Below are positions 35,702 through 45,385 of a stretch of 64,000 bases of DNA, piece after piece. The translations under genes and the position numbers were made by a program. How positions within the stretch are numbered: position 1 is the first letter of the stretch; the number at the start of each line of letters is the position of its first letter. The notes under the pieces are model-generated. The model saw only the letters and a list, made by a program, of their open reading frames with translations, made no database searches and was not told the DNA's origin. The stretch covers positions 79,015 through 143,014 of the forward strand of contig CAVQFR010000015.1 of the NCBI GenBank assembly GCA_963711845.1, read 5' to 3'. The stretch is from an uncultured delta proteobacterium (GTDB lineage: Bacteria; Desulfobacterota; BSN033; UBA1163).

Positions 35702-36743
35702 ATGGACCTCATTCTCTTTTACCTGAGAAAGCTGTTTACCGTACTCAAGAACGAAGTGCTTGTTCTCCCGTCCCGGGTCGTTGTCGTGCTCTTTTTTCTC
35801 TTTCTGCTCCTCTTGCCTGTGTTTACCAAAGATCCTTACCTCCTGCGCATCTTCACTCTCACCAGTATCTTTGCCATATTGGCTGCGAGCTGGGATCTGC
35901 TTTCCGGCTTCACCGGCCAGATGAATTTCGGACATGCCCTCTTCTTTGGAGTGGGGGCCTACGGTGCAGCTTTGCTCAATCAGCATGCGGGTATCCCTCC
36001 ATGGGGCACCATCCCCCTTGGTGCGCTGGGTGCAGTTCTGGCAGGCCTGATCATAGGGATACCATGCCTCAGACTCAGAGGTACGTATCTGGCCCTGACC
36101 ACCCTTGCCTTCCCCATCATCCTGATGGGCATCGTTTTTGCCCTTCCTGACCTCACGGGTGGAGAACTGGGGATTTCAGGGATCGCTCGGCTGGCCCGGA
36201 TCTCGCGTCGCTAATTACTACATCGCAGTCGTGGTCATGCTCGGCCTGTGCACCATCATGTGGAAGATCACCGACTCCAATACCGGCATTATTTTCCATG
36301 CCATCCGTGAGGATGAACTGGCTGTCAGGGCCGCCGGCATCAACACGACACGCTATAAACTTCTGGCCTTTTGCCTCAGCGGCTTCTTTGCCGGCGTATC
36401 CGGAGGACTCTACGCCCACTTCATGAGGATTGCAGGCCCTTCAACCCTCGAAGTCTCCATGTCTTTCACGGTGGTCATCTGGGCCATATTCGGTGGGATT
36501 GTGACCATCTATGGCCCGGTGGGGGCGGTATTCATTCTTTTTCCCTTGCTGGAGTTTCTGCGCTTCTGGCAAGAGTATCGAACATTGATGTTCGCTGGTG
36601 TGGTACTGCTGATTCTTCTGTATATGCCCGATGGCCTTTTCCCCTGGCTGCGGGACAAGATAGAAAAGGAGTGTCCCCGGTGCAAAATCAGAAATATCGC
36701 CATGCGTGATACGTGCCGCGTGTGCACGGCACCGTTGGATTAA
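35702..36743 (+). pseudogene. livM: HAAT ABC transporter permease LivM type with one +1 frameshift and a C-terminal CxxC..CxxC tail (locus B)
   Basis: MDLILFYLRKLF... to ..GGELGISGIARLA is in one frame. SRVANYYIAVVVML... to the end is in the frame of ORF 36138-36743. The break is near 36195. Confidence 0.8.
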
Positions 36744-36833
36744 GAATATCTCACAACAGCTTTAGCGCTTTGACAATAAGGCAATGGATCATTTTCTTTG
36801 ATTACCAAGAGATGACCTAAATCCGCCCTTCAT

Positions 36834-36883
36834 CCCCCTTTGAGAAGGGGGAAAAATTAACCTCTCCCTTTAGCAAAGGGAGG
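36834..36883. repeat. Two short GC hairpins (CCCCCTT-tgag-AAGGGGG and CCTC.CCCTTT-agc-AAAGGGAGG)
   Basis: Read directly, in the gap before the acyl-CoA synthetase gene. Confidence 0.6.
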
Positions 36884-36949
36884 TTCGGGAGGGATTTGAA
36901 AAGGTTTCTTCAGACTGCTAACTGAGGACTAAATTGAGAGGGTAAAAAA

Positions 36950-38660
36950 ATGAACGCAAAGGAAGCCTATGCTGCAAAACCCTGGTTGAAACATTATCCC
37001 GAGGGTGTCACTGACACCGTGGACGTACCCGCCATATCCGTTCCTGAGCTCTTTGACCAGGTCGCGGAGAAATACGGCAACAAGACCGCATTGATCTTCT
37101 ACGGAAAAAAGATCAGCTATGCAAAGCTGAAAGAGCTGATCGACCGTTTTGCCACAGCCCTGGCCGATTTAGGAGTAAAGAAGGGCGACACGGTCGCGCT
37201 CTATCTCCTGAATTGCCCGCAGTACGTCATCGCCTACTTCGCGGCCTTGAAAATCGGTGCGAAAGTCACCCCCATCAGCCCCGTTTACACCAGCCATGAA
37301 ATAAAGCATCAGATCCAGGACAGCGACGCGACGACCATGGTCTGTCAGGATATCCTTTATGATAATGTGGAGAAGACCGGCGTTGCCATGAAGAATGTCA
37401 TCCTCACCAGCATTGCTGATTACTTGCCCACACTCAAAAGACTTTTGGGGAAGGGGGCCCTGGGAAAGGTCTATTCGGAAATGAAGGTTCCTACCCCCAC
37501 GCACAGAGAACAGGCTGGTCTCCTTCAATTTCAGGACCTCATAAAGAAATACCCTCCCCAGCCTCCCCATGTAACGATCGACCCGGCAAGGGACATTGCA
37601 ATCCTTCCCTACACGGGGGGTACCACAGGGCTTCCCAAGGCAGCCATCCTCACCCATGCCAATATGGTGGCCCTACAAGCGCAAGTAAGGACATTCTGGC
37701 CTTTCTTCGAGGAAGGCAACGAATTGGTCATGGCCTTCTTGCCATTTTTCCACATCTATGGTCAGGTCGTCGTGATGCTCGCGAGTCTTAGTCAGGGCTT
37801 CACAATGGTCCTCTTCACCACACCGGATATAGACGATATCCTATCCGCCATGGAAAGATACCAGGCATCCGCATTCTATGGTGTGCCCACCATGTTTGAA
37901 TACCTCAAGGAATATGAAAAAACAGACAGGGTCAATTGGAAGCGGCTCAAGCTGATCGCCTGTGGTGCGGATACCCTTCATGAATCGACCATTGAAGCAT
38001 GGGAGAGAAGAACCGGAGCAAAGATCTTCGAGGGGTATGGGATGACCGAGACCACTGCCGTAAGCCACGCTAGCCCTACTCATCAGGCCCAAAAAGGGTT
38101 CTTTCGGAGTACCCCTACCCGGCATGAAGGCTGCCATTGTCGAATATGAAGGCACGGATTTCTTGCCGCCCGGCGAGGTCGGGGAAATGATTCTGAACGG
38201 GCCGAACATCATGCAAGGCTATTGGAAAAGAGAGGAGGGAACCCGGGAGACCTTGATCGACATTGACGGGGAGAAGTGGCTTAGAACCGGAGATCTGGTC
38301 AGCATGGATGAGGAAGGTTATTTCCATTTCTTTGACCGTAAACGGGATCTCATTAAGGTCAAAGGATATTCGGTCTTCGCCAGACATGTCGAAGAGGTCC
38401 TCTACAAGCACCCCAAAATCAAAGCGGCTGGGGTCGTGGGAGTGCCCGACCCAAAAGCGGGTAATCTCATCAAGGCCTATGTGGTTCTGGAAAGCGAAGC
38501 CAGGGGTAAAATTTCTGAAGAGGAGATTATTAACTTCTGTAAAGAGAATCTGGCCTACTACAAAGTTCCGAAGATTATCGAATTCAGGGGCGAGCTCCCG
38601 AAGACGGACGTGGGAAAGGTTTCGCGCAGGGAGTTGAGAGAGGAGAGCGAAGAGAGGTGA
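36950..38660 (+). pseudogene. AMP-dependent acyl-CoA synthetase with one +1 frameshift, embedded inside Liv locus B
   Basis: PYTGGTTGLPKAAILTH and EGYGMTETTAVSHASPT are in one frame. From about 38090, KKGSFGVPLPGMKAAIVEYEG...GDLVSMDEEGYFHFFDRKRDLIKVKGYSV.. is in the next frame. Confidence 0.85.
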
Positions 38661-38661
38661 T

Positions 38662-39429
38662 ATGACCCAATCCTTCCTTGAAGTCAAGGGACTCACCAAG
38701 AACTTCGGTGGTCTTCGGGCTGTCAACGACGTCGGCTTTTCCATGGAAAGGGATCAGATCCTGGGTCTGATCGGACCGAACGGTGCTGGCAAGACCACGC
38801 TGCTGCGGCTGATCACCGGCATTCTGAAGCCGGATGCTGGAAATGTCCGTTTCATGGGAAAGGAAATCGTAGGCCGCAAGACCTGGGATATCGTCAATAT
38901 GGGCATCGCCTGCACCTTCCAGAACATGAGACCCTTCCGGCGACTCCCGATTATCGCCAACGTCATGGTTTCCTGCCTTTCCCCACGTGCCATGAAGAGG
39001 GGAGAATGGGTCAAGCGGTTGGAGGCAAAGGCCATGGACGCCCTGGAATTCGCAGGCATTTCAGACATGGCCTTGGAAAAAGCCTCCACGCTTTCACAGG
39101 GTGACCTTAAAAGGCTCGAAGTGGCTCGGGCCGTGGCCACGGAGCCGGAATTGCTCCTCCTGGATGAGCCTTTCGGAGGGCTGAGTCCTGCTGAGACGGA
39201 TCTCATGGCCAAATCGATCAAGCGCCTGCACAAGGGTGGCCGTTTCGGTCGACTGCACAGCGAAGGACCGGCCATGATCATCGTCGAACATAAGCTTCAA
39301 TGGTTGATGAAGATGGTGGATCGTATCATCGTCTTGGATTTCGGAACCGTGATTGCCGACGGAACTCCCGATGAAATCGTCAGCGACCCTCACGTGATTC
39401 AAGCCTACCTCGGCGTAGGAGGTATTTAG
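38662..39429 (+). CDS. livG: HAAT ABC transporter ATP-binding protein LivG type (locus B)
   Basis: 255-aa intact ORF with GPNGAGKTT, LSQGDLKRLEVARAV and LLLLDEPFGGLSP. Confidence 0.9.
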   Translation: MTQSFLEVKGLTKNFGGLRAVNDVGFSMERDQILGLIGPNGAGKTTLLRLITGILKPDAGNVRFMGKEIVGRKTWDIVNMGIACTFQNMRPFRRLPIIANVMVSCLSPRAMKRGEWVKRLEAKAMDALEFAGISDMALEKASTLSQGDLKRLEVARAVATEPELLLLDEPFGGLSPAETDLMAKSIKRLHKGGRFGRLHSEGPAMIIVEHKLQWLMKMVDRIIVLDFGTVIADGTPDEIVSDPHVIQAYLGVGGI

Positions 39430-39431
39430 GC

Positions 39432-40182
39432 GTGCTGCTTGAAGTTGCCAATTTATCGGTGTGGTATGACAAGGCCATGCTCATCAACCATTTGAGCATG
39501 GGTGTCGATACAGGTGAACTGGTCAGCCTCGTGGGGCCGAATGGCGCCGGCAAATCCACTCTGCTAAGAGCTATCACCGGATTGGTAGCCTGGGAGAGGG
39601 AGATTACGCGGAGGTCAACCCATGGGGATATTATTCTTGGAGGGGACGGTCACCTTTGATGGAGAGCGAATCGATCAGGTCCCTGCCCATGAAATCGTTA
39701 AGCGAGGTCTGATCCTTTGTCCGGAGAGGCGAAGGCCGTTCCGGGAGATGACGGTGCTCGATAATCTCATGGCCGGGTCTTACCTGCTAAAGGGCAAGGA
39801 TGAAATTCGGGATCATTTGAGTAAGGCATATCAACTCTTTCCCGTGCTCAAGGATCGATTAAACCAGATCTCCGGCACCCTCTCCGGCGGTGAGCAGCAG
39901 ATGCTCGCTATTGGCAGGGCATTGATGTCTAAGCCCAAACTGTTGTGCATTGATGAGCCCTCGACGGGCCTTGCCCCCCTTTTGCGAGCAGAGGTATTTC
40001 GCAAGATCGGAGAGATCAGCAAGTTAGCCATCACTGTCTTGCTCGTTGAGCAGGAGGTGAGCACGGTCTTTAAGATGACCTCCCGGAACTATGTCCTCTC
40101 CTCTGGAAAAATTATCGCCGAAGGAACCGGCGAGCAACTGCTTCAAGACGAGGTTCTTCGTAAGACATACTTGGGACTTTAG
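39432..40182 (+). pseudogene. livF: HAAT ABC transporter ATP-binding protein LivF type with one +1 frameshift (locus B)
   Basis: GTG at 39432. LLEVANLSVWYDKAMLINHLSMGVDTGELVSLVGPNGAGKSTLL.. is in one frame. From about 39638, EGTVTFDGERIDQVPAHEIVKRG...LSGGEQQMLAIGRAL is in the next. Confidence 0.85.
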
Positions 40183-40365
40183 TGGGTCTGCCTCTGGGCG
40201 TCTATGCCTGACAAAACCCTTTTTACATGATCTTGCCACTCTGCTAATCTTCGTGATAATCCTTGAACGAAAGACCGCCTGTTCCTTTAGACGGAGATTT
40301 GGTGGGCAAAGGGAGTCACTAATAAGGCCATTATGTACAGACATCAAAGTCTTCTTTAATATCTC

Positions 40366-40445
40366 TGGATTCCGGCTTTCGCCGGAATGACGAAAAGGGA
40401 CGACGCCTCAAATTCGTCTCTCCGGCGAAAGCCGGAGTCCAGTCC
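40366..40445. repeat. Two inverted copies of the CATTCCGGCGAAAGCCGGAATCCAGTCC REP word
   Basis: Reverse-orientation copy at 40366-40392 and forward copy at 40419-40445. The same word occurs at 58961-58990. Confidence 0.8.
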
Positions 40446-40520
40446 GGTGCTTTCAAAGGACAGACCCTCAAATCGACGGTGTCTATCTTATTACGGACTC
40501 CTTAGTAAGAGGAAGCATGC

Positions 40521-41358
40521 ATGATTGATTTGGGCCTGGTGGGTAAAAAGTACGGTCCGATTTCCTTTGAGTACACATGGAAGGATGTGGTCCTGTACGC
40601 CTTGGGTATCGGCGCGCAGGCAGAGGAACTCCCATTTATCTACGAGAACGCCAAAGGCGGTTTAAGGGTTTTCCCAAGCTTTAGCGTCGTGATGGGCATC
40701 GGCTTATTTATTGAACTCTATAAAGACATGAAGATGGACCTATCCAGATTCATTCACGGGGAACAGGCCGTGAAGCTCTATCGCCCGATTCCACCTGAAG
40801 GGAAGACCCTTATCGAAGGAGAGATTACAAATATCTATGACAAGGTCAAAGGGGCGCTCATTGTCTGCCGGATGAAGGTGATGACAGAGGAGGGTGATTC
40901 TTTGGCCGAAACCGAGAGCGGCATTTTCTATGTGGGCGAAGGAGGCTTTGGTGGCGACCCCGGGCCAAAAGCCGAAGTCCTTGAACCTCCAAAAGGGACC
41001 CGAGCCGGATTTCACAGTCTCCTATTTTATTCCCGAAAACCAAGCAGTCCTCTATCGCCTCAGCGGCGACCTCAACCCGCTTCACGTCGACCCTGATTTT
41101 GCCAAAAGGGGTGGTTTTCCCCGTCCCATCCTCCACGGCCTTTGTACTTATGGCCACGCCGTGAGGGCGATCTTATACAAGGCCTGTGACGGAGATGTGG
41201 GACGATTTAAGGAGTTCAAGGCCCGATTATCCGGGGTGGTCTATCCCGGCGACTCCCTTGTGACAGAGGGATGGATGGATAAGGGGGGCCGTTACCTGAT
41301 CCAGTCCCGCACTGACCGTGGGGTCGTCCTCAGCCACGCCTATGCCAGGGTTGAGTGA
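40521..41358 (+). pseudogene. MaoC-like (R)-specific enoyl-CoA hydratase/dehydratase, double hot-dog, with one +1 frameshift
   Basis: The N-terminal hot-dog domain is in one frame up to ..GPKAEVLEPPKG. The C-terminal hot-dog domain (EPDFTVSYFIPENQAVLYRLSGDLNPLHVDPDFAKRGGF..) is in the next. The break is near 40995. Confidence 0.8.
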
Positions 41359-41413
41359 GAAAGGTCTAAATTTGGCACTTCACCATGGGGCTTGCAAACA
41401 CTAAGGTAAGATC

Positions 41414-42924
41414 GTGAACATTTCCAACCTCCTCATTGAGAGCACTGCGCGTAGGCCTAAGCATCCCGCCGTTCGTTTCCTTGAACGAACAATTACCTAT
41501 GAAGAATTAAACAGGGAGGTGGATCGTTTGTCCCACGGACTCGTTCGTGCGGGACTTCACCCCCGAGATATCTGTGTGTTGATGATGCCCAACTCTATAG
41601 ACTGGGTCATCGTTTACTATGCATTGGCAAAAGTTGGGGCTGTGGTCCTCCCAGTGAACTTCCTTTATAGAGTGGGAGAGCTCGAGCACATTTTCAAAGA
41701 TTCCGGCGCACGGGCCTTCATCGGCCACAAAGACTACTTGGAACACCCTCGCCAAGTCATGGCACACCTACCAAAGATGGATCTGCGAATCGCCCAAGGC
41801 GTATCGCCTAGCCAGGGATTCATCCCCCTGGAGGAACTCTTCGCAGAGGACAAGAATTTTCCTCCTTTTCAGACTCGAGATGACGACCCCTGGGCCATCA
41901 TTTACACCAGCGGCACCACCGGCCATCCCAAAGGAGCCATGCTCACTCACTACAATCTTGCAAACAACGCCATGACCGTGGCTAATATGCGTTCAACCGA
42001 CCCCAATGATGTGGTCTTCGGCGTCCTACCTCTTTTCCACATCTTCGGGCAGACGAGTGTTTTCAACTCTTCTATCTATCTGGGTTTGACCATCCGGCTG
42101 TGGCCTCACTTCGATCCTGGGGAGTTGTTTCCTGCTATTGAAGAGGAGGAGAGCTCAATCTTGATCGCGGTACCCACCATTTTGAACCGCTTGGTGGAGT
42201 TAGCCGATCTTCATCCGCCGAGGCGATCCGGGCTTCGGTTCTGTGTCTCAGGGGGCGCCTCTCTTCCAGTGGAAGTGCTTCGCCGATTCGAGGACCGTTT
42301 CCATACCACCATCTACGAAGGATACGGGCTTACCGAGTGCTCGCCTGTGTGTGTGGAAAACCCTTTCGGTCGCAAAACCCGGCCTGGATCCATTGGCCTT
42401 CCCATCCCTGGGTTTGAGGCACGTATCGTGAACGATCAGGATGAAGATGTCTCTATTGGAGAAGTAGGAGAGCTCATTATCCGTGGGCCCGGCGTCATGA
42501 AAGGATACTTAAACCAACCCGGAGCCACTGCCGAAACTCTCCGGGGAGGATGGTTACATACGGGCGACTTAGCCCGCATGGATGAGGAGAGATATATCTA
42601 CATTGTGGATCGCAAGAAGGAAATGATCATTCGGGGAGGGTATAATGTGTACCCCAGGGAGATTGAGGAGATCCTTTACACTCATCCGGACGTGGTTGAA
42701 GCTGCAGTGGTGGGTGTTCCGCATCCCGATTTGGGAGAAGAAGTTGCCGCAGTGGTTGTGCTTCGCCAAGGGACCCGAACAACAACCGAGGAATTGACGT
42801 CAGTTCGTCAAAGAACGAGTTGCACCCTATAAGTATCCAAGAAGAATCCGGCTCGTGAAGGAGCTACCCAAGAGCCATACTGGGCAAGATCCTCAAGAAA
42901 ATCCTTAGGGAAGAAGAGATGTAG
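41414..42924 (+). pseudogene. AMP-dependent acyl-CoA synthetase with two +1 frameshifts near the 3' end
   Basis: GTG start. The ORF is intact through YTSGTTGHPKGAMLTH and GDLARMDEERYIYIVDRKKEMIIRGGYNV. The tail, QFVKERVAPYKYPRRIRLVKELPKSHTG then KILKKILREEEM*, needs frame changes near 42800 and 42885. Confidence 0.8.
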
Positions 42925-43228
42925 AAAAGCTCCAATCGCCCAAGCTGTCCCCCGGAAAACTCACGAAGAAGAGCCACACCGTAGGAGATTGCTCGTTTGC
43001 AGTAGAAAGTCGTTAAAAGGAGACGGCTACGGCCGTCCCATTTTCTATGTCAGACTTACATTCATCGCCGTGGCAACTCTCCTAAGCAGAGATCCTGGTC
43101 AGACGAATGAAATCCTGCAAGGAAGAAGGAGTGCCCGGCTGCAAAGTAGGAGCTCTGGGGTCAGATTATTTTTTAGCCCGGTCGGGATTAAGCTGGGCGA
43201 GGATGGGAGTCGTGGATTCCCTATGTTT

Positions 43229-45163
43229 TTACAGATTCCAGGCGGCACGAGCCCCTTCTTCCGTGGCCTCGATGATTCGGCGAGGCTGGAGGGCATCGCC
43301 GATGATAAAGTGACGGATCTTTTTGGCCTGTAAGATTTCTTTGAGTTTATCGTGAGGTTTAAGTCCAACTGCTACGATGACCTGGTCGACTGGGGAAAGG
43401 TTTTCTTCTGTACCCTCAGTAAGAACTTTTACAGAAGATTCTTCGATTTTCTTTACAACTGTGTTGAAAAGGAGCCGGCACCCAGCTTCTTTGAGCCGGG
43501 TGTGCAGCATATAGCCGTGGGAGGTGATTTTGAGAACCGGCGAACGTTTAAGGACTTCAACCAAGGTGACCTTCGTTCCTTTTTGACACAAATAATCTGC
43601 TGTTTCCATGCCAATCAACCCCCCACCGATCACCACTGGATGTTTCCCGGGCGGAACCGCTCCCCCCAGAACCTGCCAGGCATTACAGACAAGGGAAAGA
43701 TCAATCCCGGGAATGTCAGGCTTGATCTGTTCTCCTCCTGTGGCCAAAATCACCACCTCCGGATTCCCTTCGGAAATCATACGTTCAGTCATCTCAATCC
43801 CTGTCCGCACGATGACTCCCATCTTTTTAGCCTGGGAGGTAAGCCAGGCGGTCCACATTCCATACTGGTCTTTATAGGGAGCCTCACGAGCAAAGCGCAA
43901 CTGTCCGCCCGTTTCCTCCTCTTTTTCGTAGAGGGTCACCTTATGGCCGAGACGGGCGGCCTCATACGCTGCGGTAAGACCACCAGGGCCAGATCCCACG
44001 ACCCATACATTACGACGGACTCCGGTTGGCCCCTTTGGGTAAATGATTTCCTGCCCGGTCTCGGGGTTGAGGGCACAACGGATTTTCCCTTCCCCCAGCA
44101 TCAAGCGCTCTATGCATCCCTGATTACAGGCAATACATTTCCGAATATCTTCAGGACGGCCTTCCCGCGCTTTGATTAGAAAATCCGGATCAGCTAAATA
44201 CTGGCGGCCAAAGGCCACCAGGTCTGCTTCCCCACGAGCGATCACTTCGTTCGCCAGTGAAGGGTCTGTGAATCGCCCGACGGCAATGACTGGAAGTCCA
44301 ACTGCCTCTTTTAACTTTTTGGCCCGCCAGACATTGAAACCGGGTTGATACTCAAAGGGGGCGCTGGTAATGCCGCCCGGACTTCCGTGCGTTCCAAGAG
44401 AGGCATGTAGGATGTCGGCTCCGGCTTCAACCAGATTGGGGAGGATGGGCTGAATATCCTCGAAGGTATAACCATCTTTAATGCACTCCTCAACAGACAG
44501 ACGGAGGGAGATGGGGAAATCTTCACCCACCCTTTTGCGGACCTCCTGCAATACTTCAATCATGAAACGACTGCGGTTGCTGAGACTGCCCCCGTATTCG
44601 TCGTCACGTTTGTTGGAAAGAGCAGATAGAAACTGGGTTAGCAAGTATCCGTGGGCACCATGCACTTCCACGGCGTCAAACCCCGCCTCCAGAGCCCGAG
44701 CCGAGGCAGCGCCAAAAGCGGTAATGAGTTCATGAATCTCCTCGCGGGTGATCTCCCGCGGGGTCAGGCCGAAAACCAAAGACCGGATCGCCGATGGAGC
44801 GATGGCTTTTTTCTCCTGGAGAAGATAAAGACTTTCCCGTCCCGCATGATGGAGCTGCAAGGCCACCTTGCTGCCGGCAGCATGCACCGCATCGACAATT
44901 TTTTTCAGGCCAGGGATAAACCGGTCATCATAAACTCCCAGTTGATTTGGCATCACCAAACCGCTGGGATGGACGGATGCAATTTCGGTTATGATCAGGC
45001 CGGCCCCTCCCATCGCCCTGCGTTTTATATAAGCAAGATTAGCTTCGCTCACCGTGCCGTCCGGATTCCCGAGGTTGGTCCCCATGGGAGGCATGACCGC
45101 CCGGTTGACCAGATCCAACGATTTTATCTTGACAGGAGAAAAAAGGGATGACAAGAGATTCAT
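43229..45163 (-). CDS. 2,4-dienoyl-CoA reductase-like NADH:flavin oxidoreductase (OYE domain, Fe-S motif and FAD/NAD(P) domain)
   Basis: 644-aa ORF. OYE-type TIM-barrel N-terminal half, Cys motif CIACNQGC, and a dinucleotide fold VVGSGPGGLTAA in the C-terminal half. This is the FadH-like architecture. Confidence 0.85.
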   Translation of the reverse strand: MNLLSSLFSPVKIKSLDLVNRAVMPPMGTNLGNPDGTVSEANLAYIKRRAMGGAGLIITEIASVHPSGLVMPNQLGVYDDRFIPGLKKIVDAVHAAGSKVALQLHHAGRESLYLLQEKKAIAPSAIRSLVFGLTPREITREEIHELITAFGAASARALEAGFDAVEVHGAHGYLLTQFLSALSNKRDDEYGGSLSNRSRFMIEVLQEVRKRVGEDFPISLRLSVEECIKDGYTFEDIQPILPNLVEAGADILHASLGTHGSPGGITSAPFEYQPGFNVWRAKKLKEAVGLPVIAVGRFTDPSLANEVIARGEADLVAFGRQYLADPDFLIKAREGRPEDIRKCIACNQGCIERLMLGEGKIRCALNPETGQEIIYPKGPTGVRRNVWVVGSGPGGLTAAYEAARLGHKVTLYEKEEETGGQLRFAREAPYKDQYGMWTAWLTSQAKKMGVIVRTGIEMTERMISEGNPEVVILATGGEQIKPDIPGIDLSLVCNAWQVLGGAVPPGKHPVVIGGGLIGMETADYLCQKGTKVTLVEVLKRSPVLKITSHGYMLHTRLKEAGCRLLFNTVVKKIEESSVKVLTEGTEENLSPVDQVIVAVGLKPHDKLKEILQAKKIRHFIIGDALQPRRIIEATEEGARAAWNL

Positions 45164-45204
45164 GAAGTTTGAAGAAGTGCAGTGATCTCAACCCGGGCGA
45201 AACC

Positions 45205-45385
45205 CCGTTAGAAATTCCAGCCCCGCTATAGCGGGACTCGAAACCGAGTGGGGCATGAAACCCTGTCGGAAGTATTTAAGATGTAACCCCGCTCCAGAGT
45301 ACCGGGGCACTATTTCTAACGGCGTAAAGATGGTCTGCCTGCCCTGTACCACATAAGGTTCAGGGCTTGCTACAGGCAGGTCTTG
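45205..45385. repeat. Highly structured intergenic region with nested inverted repeats (CCGTTAGAAAT...ATTTCTAACGG, CCCGC-tata-GCGGG, CTGCCTG...CAGGCAG)
   Basis: Read directly. It shares words with 35579-35700 and 1290-1390 (ACTCGAAACCGAG, CTGCCTGCC). Confidence 0.7.

Noticed and set aside
42925-43228. A hidden gene or RNA in the 300-bp convergent gap between the second acyl-CoA synthetase and the fadH-like gene. Track ORFs 42989-43333 and 43099-43368 fall here.
   Set aside because: These ORFs overlap the 3' end of the fadH-like gene and lack start signals and domains. I could find no conserved structure or repeat in the gap.
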